A stretch of DNA of 64,000 nucleotides from Octopus sinensis (Eukaryota). The position numbers and the translations under genes were made by a program. The DNA lies in NCBI RefSeq assembly GCF_006345805.1, contig NC_043010.1:44950001-45014000 (forward strand). Reading direction: 5' to 3'. Below the pieces are notes generated by a model. It was not told where the DNA came from and ran no database searches. It was given only the letters and a program-made list of their open reading frames with translations. This document shows, piece by piece, positions 11,665-25,124 of this stretch. Within the stretch, counting starts at the first letter, position 1; each line of letters starts with the position of its first letter.

Positions 11665-12568
11665 CTAGCAGAGATACTCGGTGTTGCTCTGGATTAAAAT
11701 GGCATAGTTTCTATATATATTATAGTTATGTTGAAACAGGTGACACGGGAAAGTGCAGCATTAACGACAAAACATTTGTGGAGTAAATAATGGGATATTT
11801 CGACTAAGCGACATATCATGGGTCCGTTTGGAGTATTCCAGGCCCTAACTTTTCATGGAAAATTGAGGGTGGGAATATGTGCATGTTTTTGATGATCTTG
11901 AGAAAGTCTTATCTCACTTCTCTCTCCAGTTTCTATTTGATATGCTGCAGCATGCCTTTGCTGATCTTGAGAAAGTCACATCTTGCTTCTGTCTAGATAT
12001 TCCATTAATTTAAAGGTAAATATGTAATCATAAATACCTTGCAACCTTTCAGCTGCAGCGATAATTATGAACTGATAATTGAACGGTATATGTGTAATTT
12101 TATATACTTTGGACTTGCTACCTCATTGTTTTTGTCAAATGTTTCATCTCCAGCCCTTCGTTATATCAGTCAACACACATACACTGAGACACCATTCCGC
12201 TGCCATGGCGGTAAAGATGGAAAGTTGCCGATGCGTAATGTTATTCACATTAAGGCATAAATTATTCGTTTATTGATCACAGTGAAAGAATAAAGGTATA
12301 ACAATATTATAGGCTTAGAAGGAAAAGTGAAAGAATAAAGTGAAACAATATGATGACATTACAATATAGATCTTATTCTTTCACTTTTGACACGTGATAC
12401 CGAACTACTTCCAATGTTGTACTGTTTTAATCCAAATGAAAAAAAAGATAACAACACATGTTGACACTCACGGGGTCTGATACCTTGTAAAATTTGATTT
12501 GATTTGGTCGAGCTCTTTGAGAATGCATAAGCAACAGACAGACAGACAAAGAATTTTTTATACATAGA
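11665..12568 (-). mobile_element. Non-autonomous Helitron-like element
   Basis: On the minus strand a decayed hairpin is followed by CTAG|T at 11665. The other end has the (GACA)n...TTTTATACATAGA motif, giving a 5'-TC on the minus strand. Confidence 0.5.
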
Positions 12569-12589
12569 CAAGCAAGTCAATTTGTATAT

Positions 12590-12800
12590 TTTTTTATTGC
12601 CCACAAGGGGCTAAACATAGAGAGGACAAACAAAGGGATTAAGTCGATTACATCGACCCCAATGCGAAACTGGTACTTTTATTTATCGACCCCGAAAGGA
12701 TGAAAGGCAAAGTCGACCTCGGCGGAATTTGAACTCAGAACGTAATGACAGACGAAATACTGCTAAGCATTCCGCCCGACGCGCTAACGTGTCTGCCAGC
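12590..12800 (-). mobile_element. SINE family 2, near full length
   Basis: Reverse complement matches 24899-25124. Confidence 0.9.
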
Positions 12801-13544
12801 TAGACAGAACTTACAAACCCCGTTTGAGCGTATAAAGCTCTTAAAGAAAATAGCTTGAGTGAAAAAAATTGAGCCGCTTTAGGATAGGTTTTTCTAACGC
12901 GTGACCACTCTGTGGCGTGGTTGAAATCTCATTGGTTAGTAATAAAGGCTTAACGGCTGTATATGGGCCATAGCGGTCATACGTACGCATGCGCGGCCGC
13001 ACGCACAACGTTTTTCGATAGAATGAGAAATGTAAATAGTGTATTTAAATGGAAGGAGTGCAAAAAGTTTTAAATAGGCAAGTAATGTTGTAAGGAGAAC
13101 GTACGAAAACTGTAAAGACAAAGATTTTACGCACGACATAAATCGAAATACACTGAATTGAATTTTTAGGCAGATGTGGCAAAACTGAATTTAAACACAC
13201 TGGGCGAACAAAAATTAAAAATAATTAAATTTTTCAGGGAGAGACGTACAAAAACCGTAAACACAAAGATCTTTATACACGGAAGACAATTTGTACAGAG
13301 AGAGAGAGAAGGGGGAGGAGAGGGAGAGAGACAGAGCCTAAAAGAGAGGAAGTGAGAATATATGCAAGCAAAATAAACAGAATGAGAAAAAGAGAGAGAA
13401 GAGAGAAATAAACAGAGAGGGTGGGGGGTAAAAGAGAGAAAAAAACTGTAGAAATGCATACATACTACACACACACACAGACACACACGCATACATCGTG
13501 TTTTGAAACAGAGGGTGAAGTTATATGCAAATCTTGACAGAAAG

Positions 13545-14600
13545 TAGGTGATCGACTATTCGACGTTTCTACTAGGAGCTACGTCGGAACTGAGATCGCC
13601 GACCTCGTCGGGTTATTTATATTGGAGATCTTCAAGAAACGCACTCGCCAACACAAATTTTCCCTTTAAAGAGACGACGGCATGGCAGTCTCAAGCCACA
13701 TAAACGGCCACGCCATGTACAAGTGCATGAAGAACCTAAAAAATATTCAAGGAATTTGGCGTGTCTATAACCGTTACCAACTTGACTACGGTCTACTTCC
13801 TAGACGTAACCACCTTCGACTTGACATTGACTAGTACTACTCTTACAAGAAGCTCCATGAGGAAACTATGTACATCCATAGAAATACCCGCTGTAATTAG
13901 AAATCTAGATTCAAACATTAGAAGAACATCTATGCTTTAAGAAGATAGGGAGATCTTTAACAGGGTCGCCTTCCACCATCCACCCACTACAACGACGCAT
14001 TAATGAGCAGTGGAATTTCCCTCTCCATTTAATTTAGAAGTTTCCATCAACGTAGGAGCTTCCTGTCGTTGGTTAAGTAGTTCCCTTGGAACCCCCACGT
14101 TGTATAAACTTTTCAACCAACATAACGTCAATGTAAGCTACTTCTATTTAGATAACATCTACAACAGACGCAAGCATGCAGCTGCATAACCTACAATGCC
14201 AACCTGCAGCTTCCGAAACCCTACCAGCTGCCTTCTAGGAGGATCCTGCCTCTCAAGAGCTGGAATCTACAAAACCAACCTCGATTTCATCACAAGACAC
14301 TATACGGGCTTGACGACCAATGACTTCAAGGGGTAATACACACAGCGTATGCACTTGCTTAGGTGCAAGGATAGAGAGAATTCCACCACTGACTGGTTTT
14401 CTCTAAAGACTTCGCTACCTCCGAAATGAAACCACCAACATCGGATGGACTATCATCGACAGAGCCCCATCTTACTCACCCGGCACCTGCAATTGCTAAC
14501 TCTGCCCCAGCGAAAGACTCTACATTCGCCATCAACCTGCAGTATCCATCAGCAAGAAATACGTACCATCTTACTGCTGCCTGAATTCTCTGGCCGCCGA
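13545..14600 (+). mobile_element. Penelope-like element, RT plus C-terminal GIY-YIG region, heavily decayed
   Basis: Across frameshifts: FDVSTRSYVGTEIADLVGLFIL, RDDGMAV, YFLDVT, LYKLFNQHNVNVSY, YTGLTTNDFK and PSYSPGTCNC*LCPSERLYI. Confidence 0.7.
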
Positions 14601-15184
14601 TAATCCAGATATACCACCTCAATATCGCTGGCACCTCAACACTGGTTTCCTCACAACCAAAGACAGTGCTCCTAACCATCGATGCCAACGCAGAGCATAA
14701 TCCCCACGAATCTGATGCCTCCACTATAAACCCCCATCTTCGTTTCCGGAAACGTGAGCGTGCGTGCGAGCGCACACATACGTCTATGCACGTAAACTTC
14801 TCTCTTTCTTTCTCCCCCACACACCGCCAAACGTCAGTCCAACGCCAATTTTCCCCACCAACGCTGTTGCGACTTCATTAGTATATATTTGTCATGCTCA
14901 TACACATAAATACCAAAATCATATATGTATATATATATATAGTGTATATGTGTGTGAGAGTGTGTGAATAGGCTATAAAAGAAGAACAAAAAAAAGTACC
15001 AGCGATAGATCGGGGCTTGTGGGGTCGGAGCGTGGCCTCATCATCGCTACATTTGTGTTGTCTGTGTATTGTTAATTTCATTCGATTTAAAAAAAAATTT
15101 TAATATAATTCTTATATTCATATTTTATGTAAAATCATAACGTATTACTGATCCCAATCAGTTGTTTTGTCCATTTCTATGTTT

Positions 15185-15520
15185 GGCCCCCTGTGGGCAA
15201 TGAAGAAATTGGTATTTCGTCTGCTGCTACGTTCTGAGTTCAAATTTCGCCGAGGTCGACATTACCTTTCATCCTCACAGGGTCGATTAAATAAGTAGTT
15301 AGTTAGTTAGTTAGTTAGTTAGTTAATTTGGCTCAAAAGCAAATAGCAAGGCCATGTAGGGGGACATGGAGTTAAGTACAGGGTGGTGTTCATGTAAAGA
15401 GTTCAGGCCACTTGAGGTCAAGGGAGGCTTTGAACAAAGCGGTCGTCGGCATCTTGGGGCCCGATGTAATCGACTTACCCGCTCTCCCTAAATTTCGGGC
15501 CTTGTACCTATAGTATAACG
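15185..15520 (+). mobile_element. SINE family 2 copy split by a minus-strand insert ending in (AACT)n
   Basis: The SINE body stops at AATAAGTA (~15298) and resumes at GGGGCCCGATGTAATCGACTT (~15465). Confidence 0.6.
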
Positions 15521-15799
15521 GATTATTAAAATTAATGATAATATCTACAAAAATTTATGTCAACACATTAGCAAGGAAATCCAAATTGATGAATCAGCAA
15601 AAAAAAAAAAAAAAAAAAATGACGCCTAGAATAAGTACCAGTCTTTACAAAACATAATTCATTCAACTAAAGATTCTTAGAGGCCACGCCGTAGTCAAAT
15701 GACTGAAACAGATGAGAAATGAAAGATAAAACACTCACACGCATACATATACATTTGTATACATGGGAAGGGTTCATAAGTTAGAAAAAGGAGCACCCT

Positions 15800-16013
15800 T
15801 TTATTCTTTTGTTTCAGTCATTTGACTGCGGCCATGCTGGAGCACTGCCTTTGGTCGAACAAATCGACGCCAGGACTTATTCCTTGTAAGCCTAGTATTT
15901 ATTCTATCGGTTTCTTTTTACCGAACCGCTTAGTGACGGGGACATAAACACACCAACATCTGTTGTCAAGAGATGGGAGAGGGACAGACACAGACACACA
16001 CACACACACACAC

Positions 16014-16049
<36 letters not shown>

Positions 16050-16230
16050 AGTATGCATGTATATATACGACAGGCTTCTTTCAGTTTCCATCTACCAGAT
16101 CTACTCACAAGGCCTTTGTCGGCCCGAGGCTATAGTAGAAGGCACCTTGCCCAGGGTACCACGCAGTGGGACTGAACCCGGAACCATGTGGTTGGGAAGC
16201 AAGCTTCTTACCACACTTCGACTCCTGCGC
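15800..16230 (-). mobile_element. tRNA-derived SINE family 3 (CCTTGGGCAAG core, internal microsatellite)
   Basis: Minus strand GTGTGGTAAGAAGCTTGCTTCCCAACCACATGGTTCCGGGTTCAGTCCC...GGGCAAGGTGCCTTCTACTATAG. Partial copies at ~21290-21440 (+), 21580-21670 (-), 23030-23215 (-), 24040-24175 (-), 43690-43900 (+) and 45070-45270 (+). Confidence 0.8.
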
Positions 16231-16729
16231 CTATAATTATATCATTAATAATATATCATTATGTGTCATTTACGGAAAAAATATCACCGGTCAATTTAAT
16301 ACGAACTTAGACGTTATCATTTTATCCCATTCTATGTGTTTGAAGTCCCTTTGTTTCCTTGTTGATCACCCCGGTTAGATCGTCATTCGCCTCTGATTTT
16401 GTCTGTTTCCTCAAGCTCTTCCCTTCTCATCTTAACTCCAACTTTATCTCTACCTTCCTTTCTATTTCCCTCTCTTTCAATCTCTCTTTGTCATCCCCAC
16501 TCAAATATGTTTTTTTTTCATGCAAGCAATACTCTGCAGGTTATTTCATCATGCAACCAGTCTCGTTTTGTAACTTTCCATGCCAATCCAAGGGACATAA
16601 CTTTTGAAGCATTTGTTTATATATTTTCCTAATTTACTTTTATTTTTTACTTTTCTTTATAAATTTTTCAAGTAATTGTCCTTTAGATTTCATTACGTTA
16701 TTTTCATTTCCACCTTCAGTGCAATATAT

Positions 16730-16787
<58 letters not shown>

Positions 16788-16944
16788 AAAAAAACCACGG
16801 CTGAACACTTCCAAATAGCCATGACTGATGAATATTTACTCATTTTTTTTCTGTTTAAGAATGGTTGATGTTTATAAAAGTTTGATTTTGATAAATGCTA
16901 ATGCACGAAACTCGACATTGGAGTCATTCTGTTACTTCTGCTAT

Positions 16945-16957
16945 ATATATATATCTG

Positions 16958-17021
<64 letters not shown>

Positions 17022-17033
17022 TATATATATATT

Positions 17034-17076
<43 letters not shown>

Positions 17077-17083
17077 GTATATA

Positions 17084-17165
<82 letters not shown>

Positions 17166-17251
17166 GTATATATATGTATATATATATATATATATTATAT
17201 ATATATATCTGTATATATATATATATACATGCATATATATGTGTGTGTGTG

Positions 17252-17283
<32 letters not shown>
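16945..17283. repeat. (TA)n then (TG)n microsatellite
   Basis: Directly visible. Confidence 0.95.
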
Positions 17284-18325
17284 ACATATTTGTATGTTTT
17301 GCTTTATGTATATATTATCATGCATACAGTTGCATATCTAGACATGCTCATATATATTTAAATGATAAACTTCTGGAAAGTTTCACAGATTTGTAAAGTT
17401 CCAGTAATAGACTGGATCTGTGGTCTTCGAATTAGCTTTCTCCTTTCTGGTTTTGAGAAGCTTAATTTCTCAAGATTAGTATTTACACAGTGTGTTACAT
17501 ATCCCAGGGCCCCAATAATTACAGGTATAAACCCGAACTTGTAATATGGATAGAGTAACTGCAGGTTTCTCAATAGTTCAGTATAGGTGTTCTCCTTTTC
17601 ACTGATCTTCAGCTAATTTACACAACTGTGCACAGTTTCTCTTCTCAATTGTGATTACATTTTATTGCGGTCTTCATTGGTACATTCCACCAGTATCCCT
17701 CTTTATTATGAGTGGCTATAACTTCTACTATATTGTGGGTTCTTATTTCTTTGTCCTTGGGATTATCCTTCCGACGGATTTCATTATAGAGTGTCCTAGC
17801 TACAACATCATATTTCATCGGTAGATAATACTGTGATGAGAATTTGGGACAACTGCTTATGATGTGGGTAATATCTTCAGTGTGAACTCCACAAAGTCTG
17901 CATCGGTTGTCACATTTTATGGCCTTTACTGCATCTCTATCCCTTTTGTGCATCAGGTATTTGGTTGATACTCCCTGTTCTTGGATTACAAATGCATACC
18001 CTTCAAAGTGGGAGATAATAATATGGCTATTGGTCCACGGTAAACTGCTTTGATGATCGATGTCACTATGTGGAAATTATGTGTGCTTGTTAGCACTTTT
18101 CGGGTTTTCACATCAATGGCTCGGATCTCTTCAAGCATCTAAGAGAGCAACCCAAATATTGGTATGAGTACTGGCATTGGAAACGCATTATCGGTCACTG
18201 TTTTACTGAATGCAGAGAGTTCTGAGGTCCAAATTTTCTTTATTCGGCTGTAATTTTCTTTAGTGACATGTTTTGTTACAGGTGCCATCGTAAGATATAA
18301 TTTCATCCACCCCTTAGATACTGTA
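17284..18325 (-). mobile_element. R4-like RLE LINE, family D, 3' fragment copy 1
   Basis: CRLCGVHTEDITHIISSC (CCHC), KYDVVA, WWNVPMKT and FIPVIIGALG...ITGTLQICETFQKFII*. Confidence 0.85.
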
Positions 18326-18436
18326 ATGTATGTATGTATGTATGTATGTATGTATGTATGTATGTATGTATGTATGTATGTATGTATGTATGTATGTACG
18401 TATGTATGTATGTATGTATGTATGTATGTATCTATG

Positions 18437-18478
<42 letters not shown>

Positions 18479-18656
18479 GCTATCTAGCTATCTATCTAGC
18501 TAGCTATCTAGCTATCTATCTAGCTAGCTATCTATTGAAATTTAAACTACACCAACAGGGTATTTTTCATGTATGTGTGTATATATGTATATGTGTATAT
18601 GTGAGTTTATGTATGTGCGTGTGTTGTGTGTGTGTGAGTGTGTTGGGTGTGTGCTG
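18326..18656. repeat. (TATG)n/(TATC)n/(TAGC) and (TG)n compound microsatellite
   Basis: Directly visible. Confidence 0.9.
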
Positions 18657-19805
18657 ATTTGTATGTTTTGTTTCATCTATGTATTTTCATACATGCATTT
18701 GCATGTCTTGACAAGCACATATAATACTTAAATGATAAATTTCTGGAAAGTTTTACTGATCTTTGCAGTTCCAGTGATTGCTTGAATCTGCAGTTTTCGA
18801 ATCAGCTTTCTCCTTTCTGGTTTTGAGAAGCCTGATTTCTCAAGATTGGTACTTAGGCAGTGTGTTACATATCTCAGTACCCCAATAATTACAGGTATAA
18901 AATTTAACTTGTAATCTGGATAGAGTAACTGTAGATTTCTCAATAGTACAGCGTAGGTGTTTACTTTCTCGTTGATCTTCGGCTTTATATTAACATCCGC
19001 TAGATAGCTGACTTCCACAACTGCACACAGTTTCTCTTCTCTGTCTCACTATGTCAGTTCTATTATGTTTAGATTTTATTGAGGTTTTCACTGGGATATT
19101 CCACCAGTACTCCTTATTATGAGTGCAATGATTCCTACAATATAGTGGGTTCTTTTTCTTTAGCCTCAGGGTTATCCTTCCGACGGATCTCATTATACAG
19201 TGTCTTAGCTACATCATCATGTCTCATCAGCAGATAATACCGTGATAACATTTTCAGACAACTGCTTATAATGTGGATGATGTCTTCCGTGTTAACTCCA
19301 CAAAGCCTGCATTGGTTATCACATTTTGGTGTTTTCCTTGCTTCTCTGTCCCGTTTTTGTATCAAGTATTTTGTTTGTATTTACTGTTCCTGGATTGCAA
19401 ACGCTACCCTTCAAAGTGAGAGTTAGTAATCCGGTTTTGGTTCATGATAAACTGCTTTGGTTATCAATGTTACTATCATATGAGCTTTCTCATAACATAT
19501 TCAAGCATAATCTTCTGCTGATACACGCTCATCCTTTCACCTAATGATACGTTGCGCTGGAATCGTGTATCTTCTTTGGGCATGTATTCAAGGTTATCAT
19601 ACAAGGAATGCTGCTGAAGGAGCTGCTTTCCAAGTCTCATGGTGTTATCTGCCTCGTATATGCAAAATTTGATCAAGGAATGTACTTCGACACTTGGTAG
19701 TTAAGAGATGTTGCAGAAGGGATATGATTCGACATCCAAAAGCTGTTTGGAACGATCGTAAGCTTCTGCCCACTTGTTTTTGTTTTAAGTGGAGGTGGTC
19801 TACAT
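18657..19805 (-). mobile_element. R4-like RLE LINE, family D, 3' fragment copy 2
   Basis: CRLCGVNTEDIIHIISSC, RHDDVA, KHNRTDIV and ITGTAKISKTFQKFII*; shares a ~75-bp 3'UTR with copy 1. Confidence 0.85.
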
Positions 19806-19808
19806 CGC

Positions 19809-20177
19809 TATGTATGTATGTGTGTATGTATGTATGTATGTATGTATGTATGTATGTATGTATGTATGTATGTATGTATGTATGTATCTATGTATGTATG
19901 TGTGTGTGTCTATATATGTATGTATCCATGCATGCATGTATGTATGTATGAATGTATGTATGTAATGTATGTATGTATGTATGTATGTATGTATGTATGT
20001 ATGTATGTATGTATGTGTGTCTATATATGTATGTATCCATGCATGCATGTATGTATGTATGTATGCATGAATGTATGTATGTAATGTAATGTATGCATGC
20101 ATGCATATATGTATGTATGCATGTATGTATGTATGTATGTATGTATGTATGTATGTATGTATGTATGTATGTATGCA
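19809..20177. repeat. (TATG)n microsatellite with a duplicated higher-order unit
   Basis: GTGTGTCTATATATGTATGTATCCATGCATGCATG occurs twice (~19903 and ~20015). Confidence 0.9.
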
Positions 20178-20409
20178 TTTGATATGCTGAAGTCGATATG
20201 TAGCATATGTTGGTTTCTGGAACAGCGTTTCTGTTTTCCTCAGACTAATGGAGCGGCCTAAGACCTGGGCTGCTTTAGCAAAGCCTAGACACGAACCTTC
20301 CTGCGAGCAAGGAGTCAGTTAAGGTTGAATATGTACCTGTCAGTGTGGAAACGGACGTAGGTTTCTCTCGTGCACGTACTGTTTGGCTTTCCTCTGCACT
20401 GTTTCACAC

Positions 20410-21195
20410 CATTCTCAATTGAGAATGGATCGAACACTTCACTTACTTTATGGGTGTCATTTCCAATGACACATCCTTGAAAAGGATGTTGACAATCGCA
20501 TTGTCAAAGCCAATATCTCCCGCACACTGCACATATCCACCAAAATCAAAGTATACAAGGCAGTCATCATCACTACTCTTCTCTATGGGTCAGAAGCTTG
20601 GGTGCTGTGCAGGAGGCAAGTCAAGCTGCTAGGATGCTTCCACCAGAGATATATTTGCTTCATCATGAACATCTCATGGAAGGAACATATTACCAACAAC
20701 GAAGTCCTTCGGCAGATCAACGTCCGTAGCATTGAAACCATGTTGCTGCTCAGATAGTTCAGATGGGCAGGCTACATCTTACACATGATCAAATCCAAAA
20801 TGCCGAAGGCCATATTCTACGAGTTCAGTCAGAGCGAAAACAACAGAAGAGCCACTCTCGGAAGCGTTTCAAAGACCAGCTGAAAGCAGCAACCCACCCA
20901 TATAGGAACGACTTCCATACATCGGGAGGAAGTCGCAGCATAGAGGGAAGTGTAGAGTGGTTACATCCAGACCGTTACAAGCAATTTTGAGAAAACCAGA
21001 GCAATTACGGTGACAGAAAAACCAAAGAACGATAGTCATCGTCACAACCCACATCGAACGAAAGCCTCAATATTTGTCCTAAATGTATCAGAGTCTGTCA
21101 TTCGAGGATCAGTTTACATAGCTCGGTGCTCATTCTCATGATCTTCCGACACGAAGAAGCGCTATCATGATCATGATCATGATCATGATGATCAT
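20410..21195 (+). mobile_element. RTE-clade LINE 3' fragment
   Basis: TKIKVYKAVIITTLLYGSEAW...FHQR...W..HITNNEVL...RWAGYI...MPKAIFYE...RKRFKDQLKA, terminal CPKC.RVCHSRISLHS and a (GATCAT)n tail. Confidence 0.85.
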
Positions 21196-21673
21196 CATCA
21201 TGTATGTATGAATGTATATCTCTCTTTTTCTCTCTCTCTGGTAAGAATTTGCTTCTCACCCATATGGTTCCAGATTCAGTCTCACTGCGCGGCACATTGG
21301 GCAAGTGTTTTCTACAATAACTCGGGCTAGTCGAAGCTTTGTGAGTGGATTTGGTAGACGGAAACTGAAAGACGTCCATCATGTATATTCTTTAATTCTT
21401 TTATATGTTTCAGCCCTGAGGCTGTGGCCACGCTTGGGCACCGGTATATATTATGTGTGTGTGTGCGCGCGCATGTGTGTGTTTTTTATTGTGAAACACT
21501 AGACATCGTCATGAAAAAACCTGGCTGATCACGCACGCCCGAGTACGCATGCGCCCGCACACACACATACACACACACGATGGGCTTTTTTCAGCTTTCG
21601 TCAGGAAAACGCACTCACAAGGCTGTGGCTATAGTAGAAGACACTTGCCCAAGTTACTACGCACCTTGGACAA

Positions 21674-21711
<38 letters not shown>

Positions 21712-21716
21712 TATAT

Positions 21717-21806
<90 letters not shown>

Positions 21807-21807
21807 G

Positions 21808-22967
21808 TATTAGGTTGGCAACTAAGTTTCCGCCGGTTTTTTTTTAATTTAAATTTTTTAAAAGGTTTAATAAAAAATAACAACTAATTAATCGATAATG
21901 TATTCACCCTTGTTGTTTACAATTTCTTCTCGTTGGTAGAAATCACCCAATTTCGACTCGAAAAATTGATCCAACCAAGCTCTCAATTCTGCATCAGAAT
22001 TGAACGAAACTCCGCACATAGCATTTGAAAGAGATCGAAAGAGGTAGAAATCCGTTGGTACCAAATGAGGAGAGTACGGTGGGTGTGGCAGCACTTCCCA
22101 GTCATGCGTTTGAATGGCTTCCTTGGTCATATTGGCGATATGAGGGCGGGCGTTGTCGTGCAGCAGAAGAACTCCATGCTGATGATTAGGTCTTTTCTCT
22201 TGAATAGCCGTATTGAATCGTTCCATCTGTTGAACATAGAGTTCCACGTTGACCGTTTGGTTCCGTTCAAGCAATTTGTAATGGATAATCCCTTCCCAGT
22301 CCCACCATACGCACAACATCGTTTTACGTGGATGAAGATTTTGTTTTACGCGCGGTGTCGCTTGTTTACCGGGGCTAAGCCTTACGCTGCTTCATATTGA
22401 TGTACAGGCACCATTTTTTTGTCGCCAGTAACGATTCGGTAAAGAAATCGTTGCTTGTGTCCATGAGTTAAGCGGTGACGAGCAAGCAAATCAGCGGAGA
22501 TTGTAGCGCGTTGATTTTTGTTGTTGTCTCTTAAAGCATACGGAACTCATGCTCCATACTTCTGAACCTTTCCCATCGAGTGAAGATGCTTCTCTATAGC
22601 AGTGCAGGAGCATTCCATTTTCTCTGCCAGTTCCCTTGTCGTTTGACGAGAATTTTCGTGCAAAAGTTGGTTTAATCGCCCTTCATCGAACTCAACTGAA
22701 TGAGGTGCGTCTTTGAGGTCAAAATTTCCTTTTTGAACTCGTCATACCATTCACTAGCGGTTCTTTCAGCTATGGCACTCTCTCCATACACAGCACAAAT
22801 GTCGCGAGCAGCTTTTGCGGCCTTAGAACCTTGATTAAAAGCAAAAAGAAGTGGGTGTCGAAAATGCTCGTTTTTTCTTAACTTGACATTCCATTTTAAT
22901 GATCTGAAAATAATGCAATAAATTCCAAACTTTAAAATAACGGCGGGAACTTAGTTGCCAACCCAAT

Positions 22968-22968
<1 letters not shown>
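21808..22968 (-). mobile_element. mariner transposon with both TIRs, disabled transposase (22894->21888); resembles the mellifera subfamily
   Basis: TIRs TATTAGGTTGGCAACTAAGTTTCCGCCG and TATTGGGTTGGCAACTAAGTTCCCGCCG. The protein has MECQVKKNEHFRH, IVTGD, MLCVWWD, LHDNARPH and HPPYSPHLVPTDFYLF. Confidence 0.92.
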
Positions 22969-23031
<63 letters not shown>

Positions 23032-23231
23032 TTTATCTTTTACTTGTTTAAGTCATCAGACTGCCACCATACAAGGGCACGATCTTGAAGAATTTTAGTC
23101 GAACGAATCAACCACATTGCTTACTTTTATGTCCAGTACTTATTCTATCGGCCTCTTTACGACGACGTAAACAAACCAACACCAGTTTTCAAGTGGTTTG
23201 AGAGACAAACACACACATGTGCACGAGCACG

Positions 23232-23271
<40 letters not shown>

Positions 23272-23350
23272 CACACACACATACACACACACAAGCACGC
23301 ACGCTTGCACACACACAAGCACGCACGCTTGCATACACACCGAGATAGAA

Positions 23351-23398
<48 letters not shown>

Positions 23399-24898
23399 CA
23401 TACATACATACATACATACATACATGCATACATTCATACATGCATACATACAGATTGAGGGAGTGGAACGATTAAATTCAGGCTACACATATTTCTTAGC
23501 TAGCTGATCCTCTGATGTAATAATTACTCAACAATTGGCATTATAACTTTCTTGTAATCAAGGTATTCTTAGCATGATGATTAGCTAAGTTGAGTATCCT
23601 TCGTTGAGTAACTATTACATCAGAAGATCAGCTAGATAAGAAACGTGTGTGGCCTGGATTTTACTCTTTCCTCTCACTCAATCTGGATTTTCATTCGCAT
23701 TGAGAGACTTTCAGCTTATCAAATTTCCTCGTTACGTCGATATAGGAAGAAGTGTGTAACCTTCGACGCCAACGACTTTGCCTTTCATCCTTTCGGGGTC
23801 GATAAGTTAAGTACCAGTTTCGCACTGGGGTCGATGTAATCGACCTAATCCGTTTGTGTGTCCTTGTTTGTCCCCTCTATGTTTAGCCCCTTGTGGGTAA
23901 TAAAGAAACAAATATATTGTTACTGTTCCCTATCGTACACTATCCACTTTTGTTTTCTATACCTGCCACGGACTACTTGAATTCCTACACTAGGATCCTT
24001 GGATCTTACCCTTATACACACACACACATGCACACGACAGGATTCTTTCAGTTTCCCCCTACCAAATCCACTCAGAAGGCTTTGGTCTGCCCGAGGCAAG
24101 AGTAGAAGACATTTGCCCAAGAAACTGAACTCAGAATCATGTGGTTGGGAAGCAAACTTCTAACCACACAGTCCACGTATTCGGCTACATGTGTGTGTGT
24201 GTGTGTGTGTTAATGTGTGTGTGTATGTTTATGTGTGTGTGTGTATGTTTATGTGTGTGTATGTGCGTGTGTGTGTATGTGTATGTATGTGTGTGTGTGT
24301 GTGTGTGTGCAGTGTATGTATGTATACATGCATGAAGGAAAAGTGTATTTCTTTAATGTGTAAATGATGATCCACGCGGAACATTTTACAGAGTATCTTT
24401 TAACATTATCTTTTGTGTTTGTTCGTTTTCATATTCGAATACAAACATGTTTCTACATAAATTTCTTTATGTTCAATCATATAGTTTGCTATAGACTTTC
24501 ATGCGTCTTTTTCTTTTATATTATATTTGACAAACGTCTTTAAAAGTACTTGCAATGAAGGGGAAATCACTTCATATTTTACTACAGATTACACTTGTAC
24601 GCAAACTTCCATGTGAACGGAGAAACACGTTTTAAACATTCAAATGGGAACTAACATGCAAGCTTTAACCGAATCAAGATTAGGAGTGGCTTCCCTTTGA
24701 TTACTTCCAATTTTTAAAACCATCGCCAAATAGGTAAATTTAAATGAATAATATGCTTTATTAAGTTAGAATTTTCCTATATTATGAAACTAATGTTTCG
24801 TCGTTCATTATTTTAATGTCATTACATTTCTATTATAGTTGCAAGAAGACTTATTATCGACGGAGCAAGCGTCTTCAATCTACCAATGCTACATTCGG

Positions 24899-25124
24899 TT
24901 AAGGGCGGCGAGCTGGCAGAATCGTTAGCACGCCAGGCGAAATGCGTAGCCGTATTTCGTCTGCCGTTACGTTCTGAGTTCAAATTGCGCCGAGGTCGAC
25001 TTTCCCTTTCATCCTTTCGGGGTCGATAAATTAAGTACAAGTTACGCACTGGGGTCGATATAATCGACTTAATCCGTTTGTTTGTCCCCTCTGTGTTTAG
25101 CCCCTTGTGGGTAGTAAAGAAACA
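24899..25124 (+). mobile_element. SINE family 2, full length with 14-bp TSD
   Basis: AATGCTACATTCGG at 24885-24898 and 25125-25138. A 5'-truncated copy also lies at ~23765-23910. Confidence 0.92.

Noticed and set aside
15000-15060. Hammerhead-like GATGATGAGGCC on the minus strand near the PLE
   Set aside because: Lacks the CUGANGA core with a properly placed GAAA.
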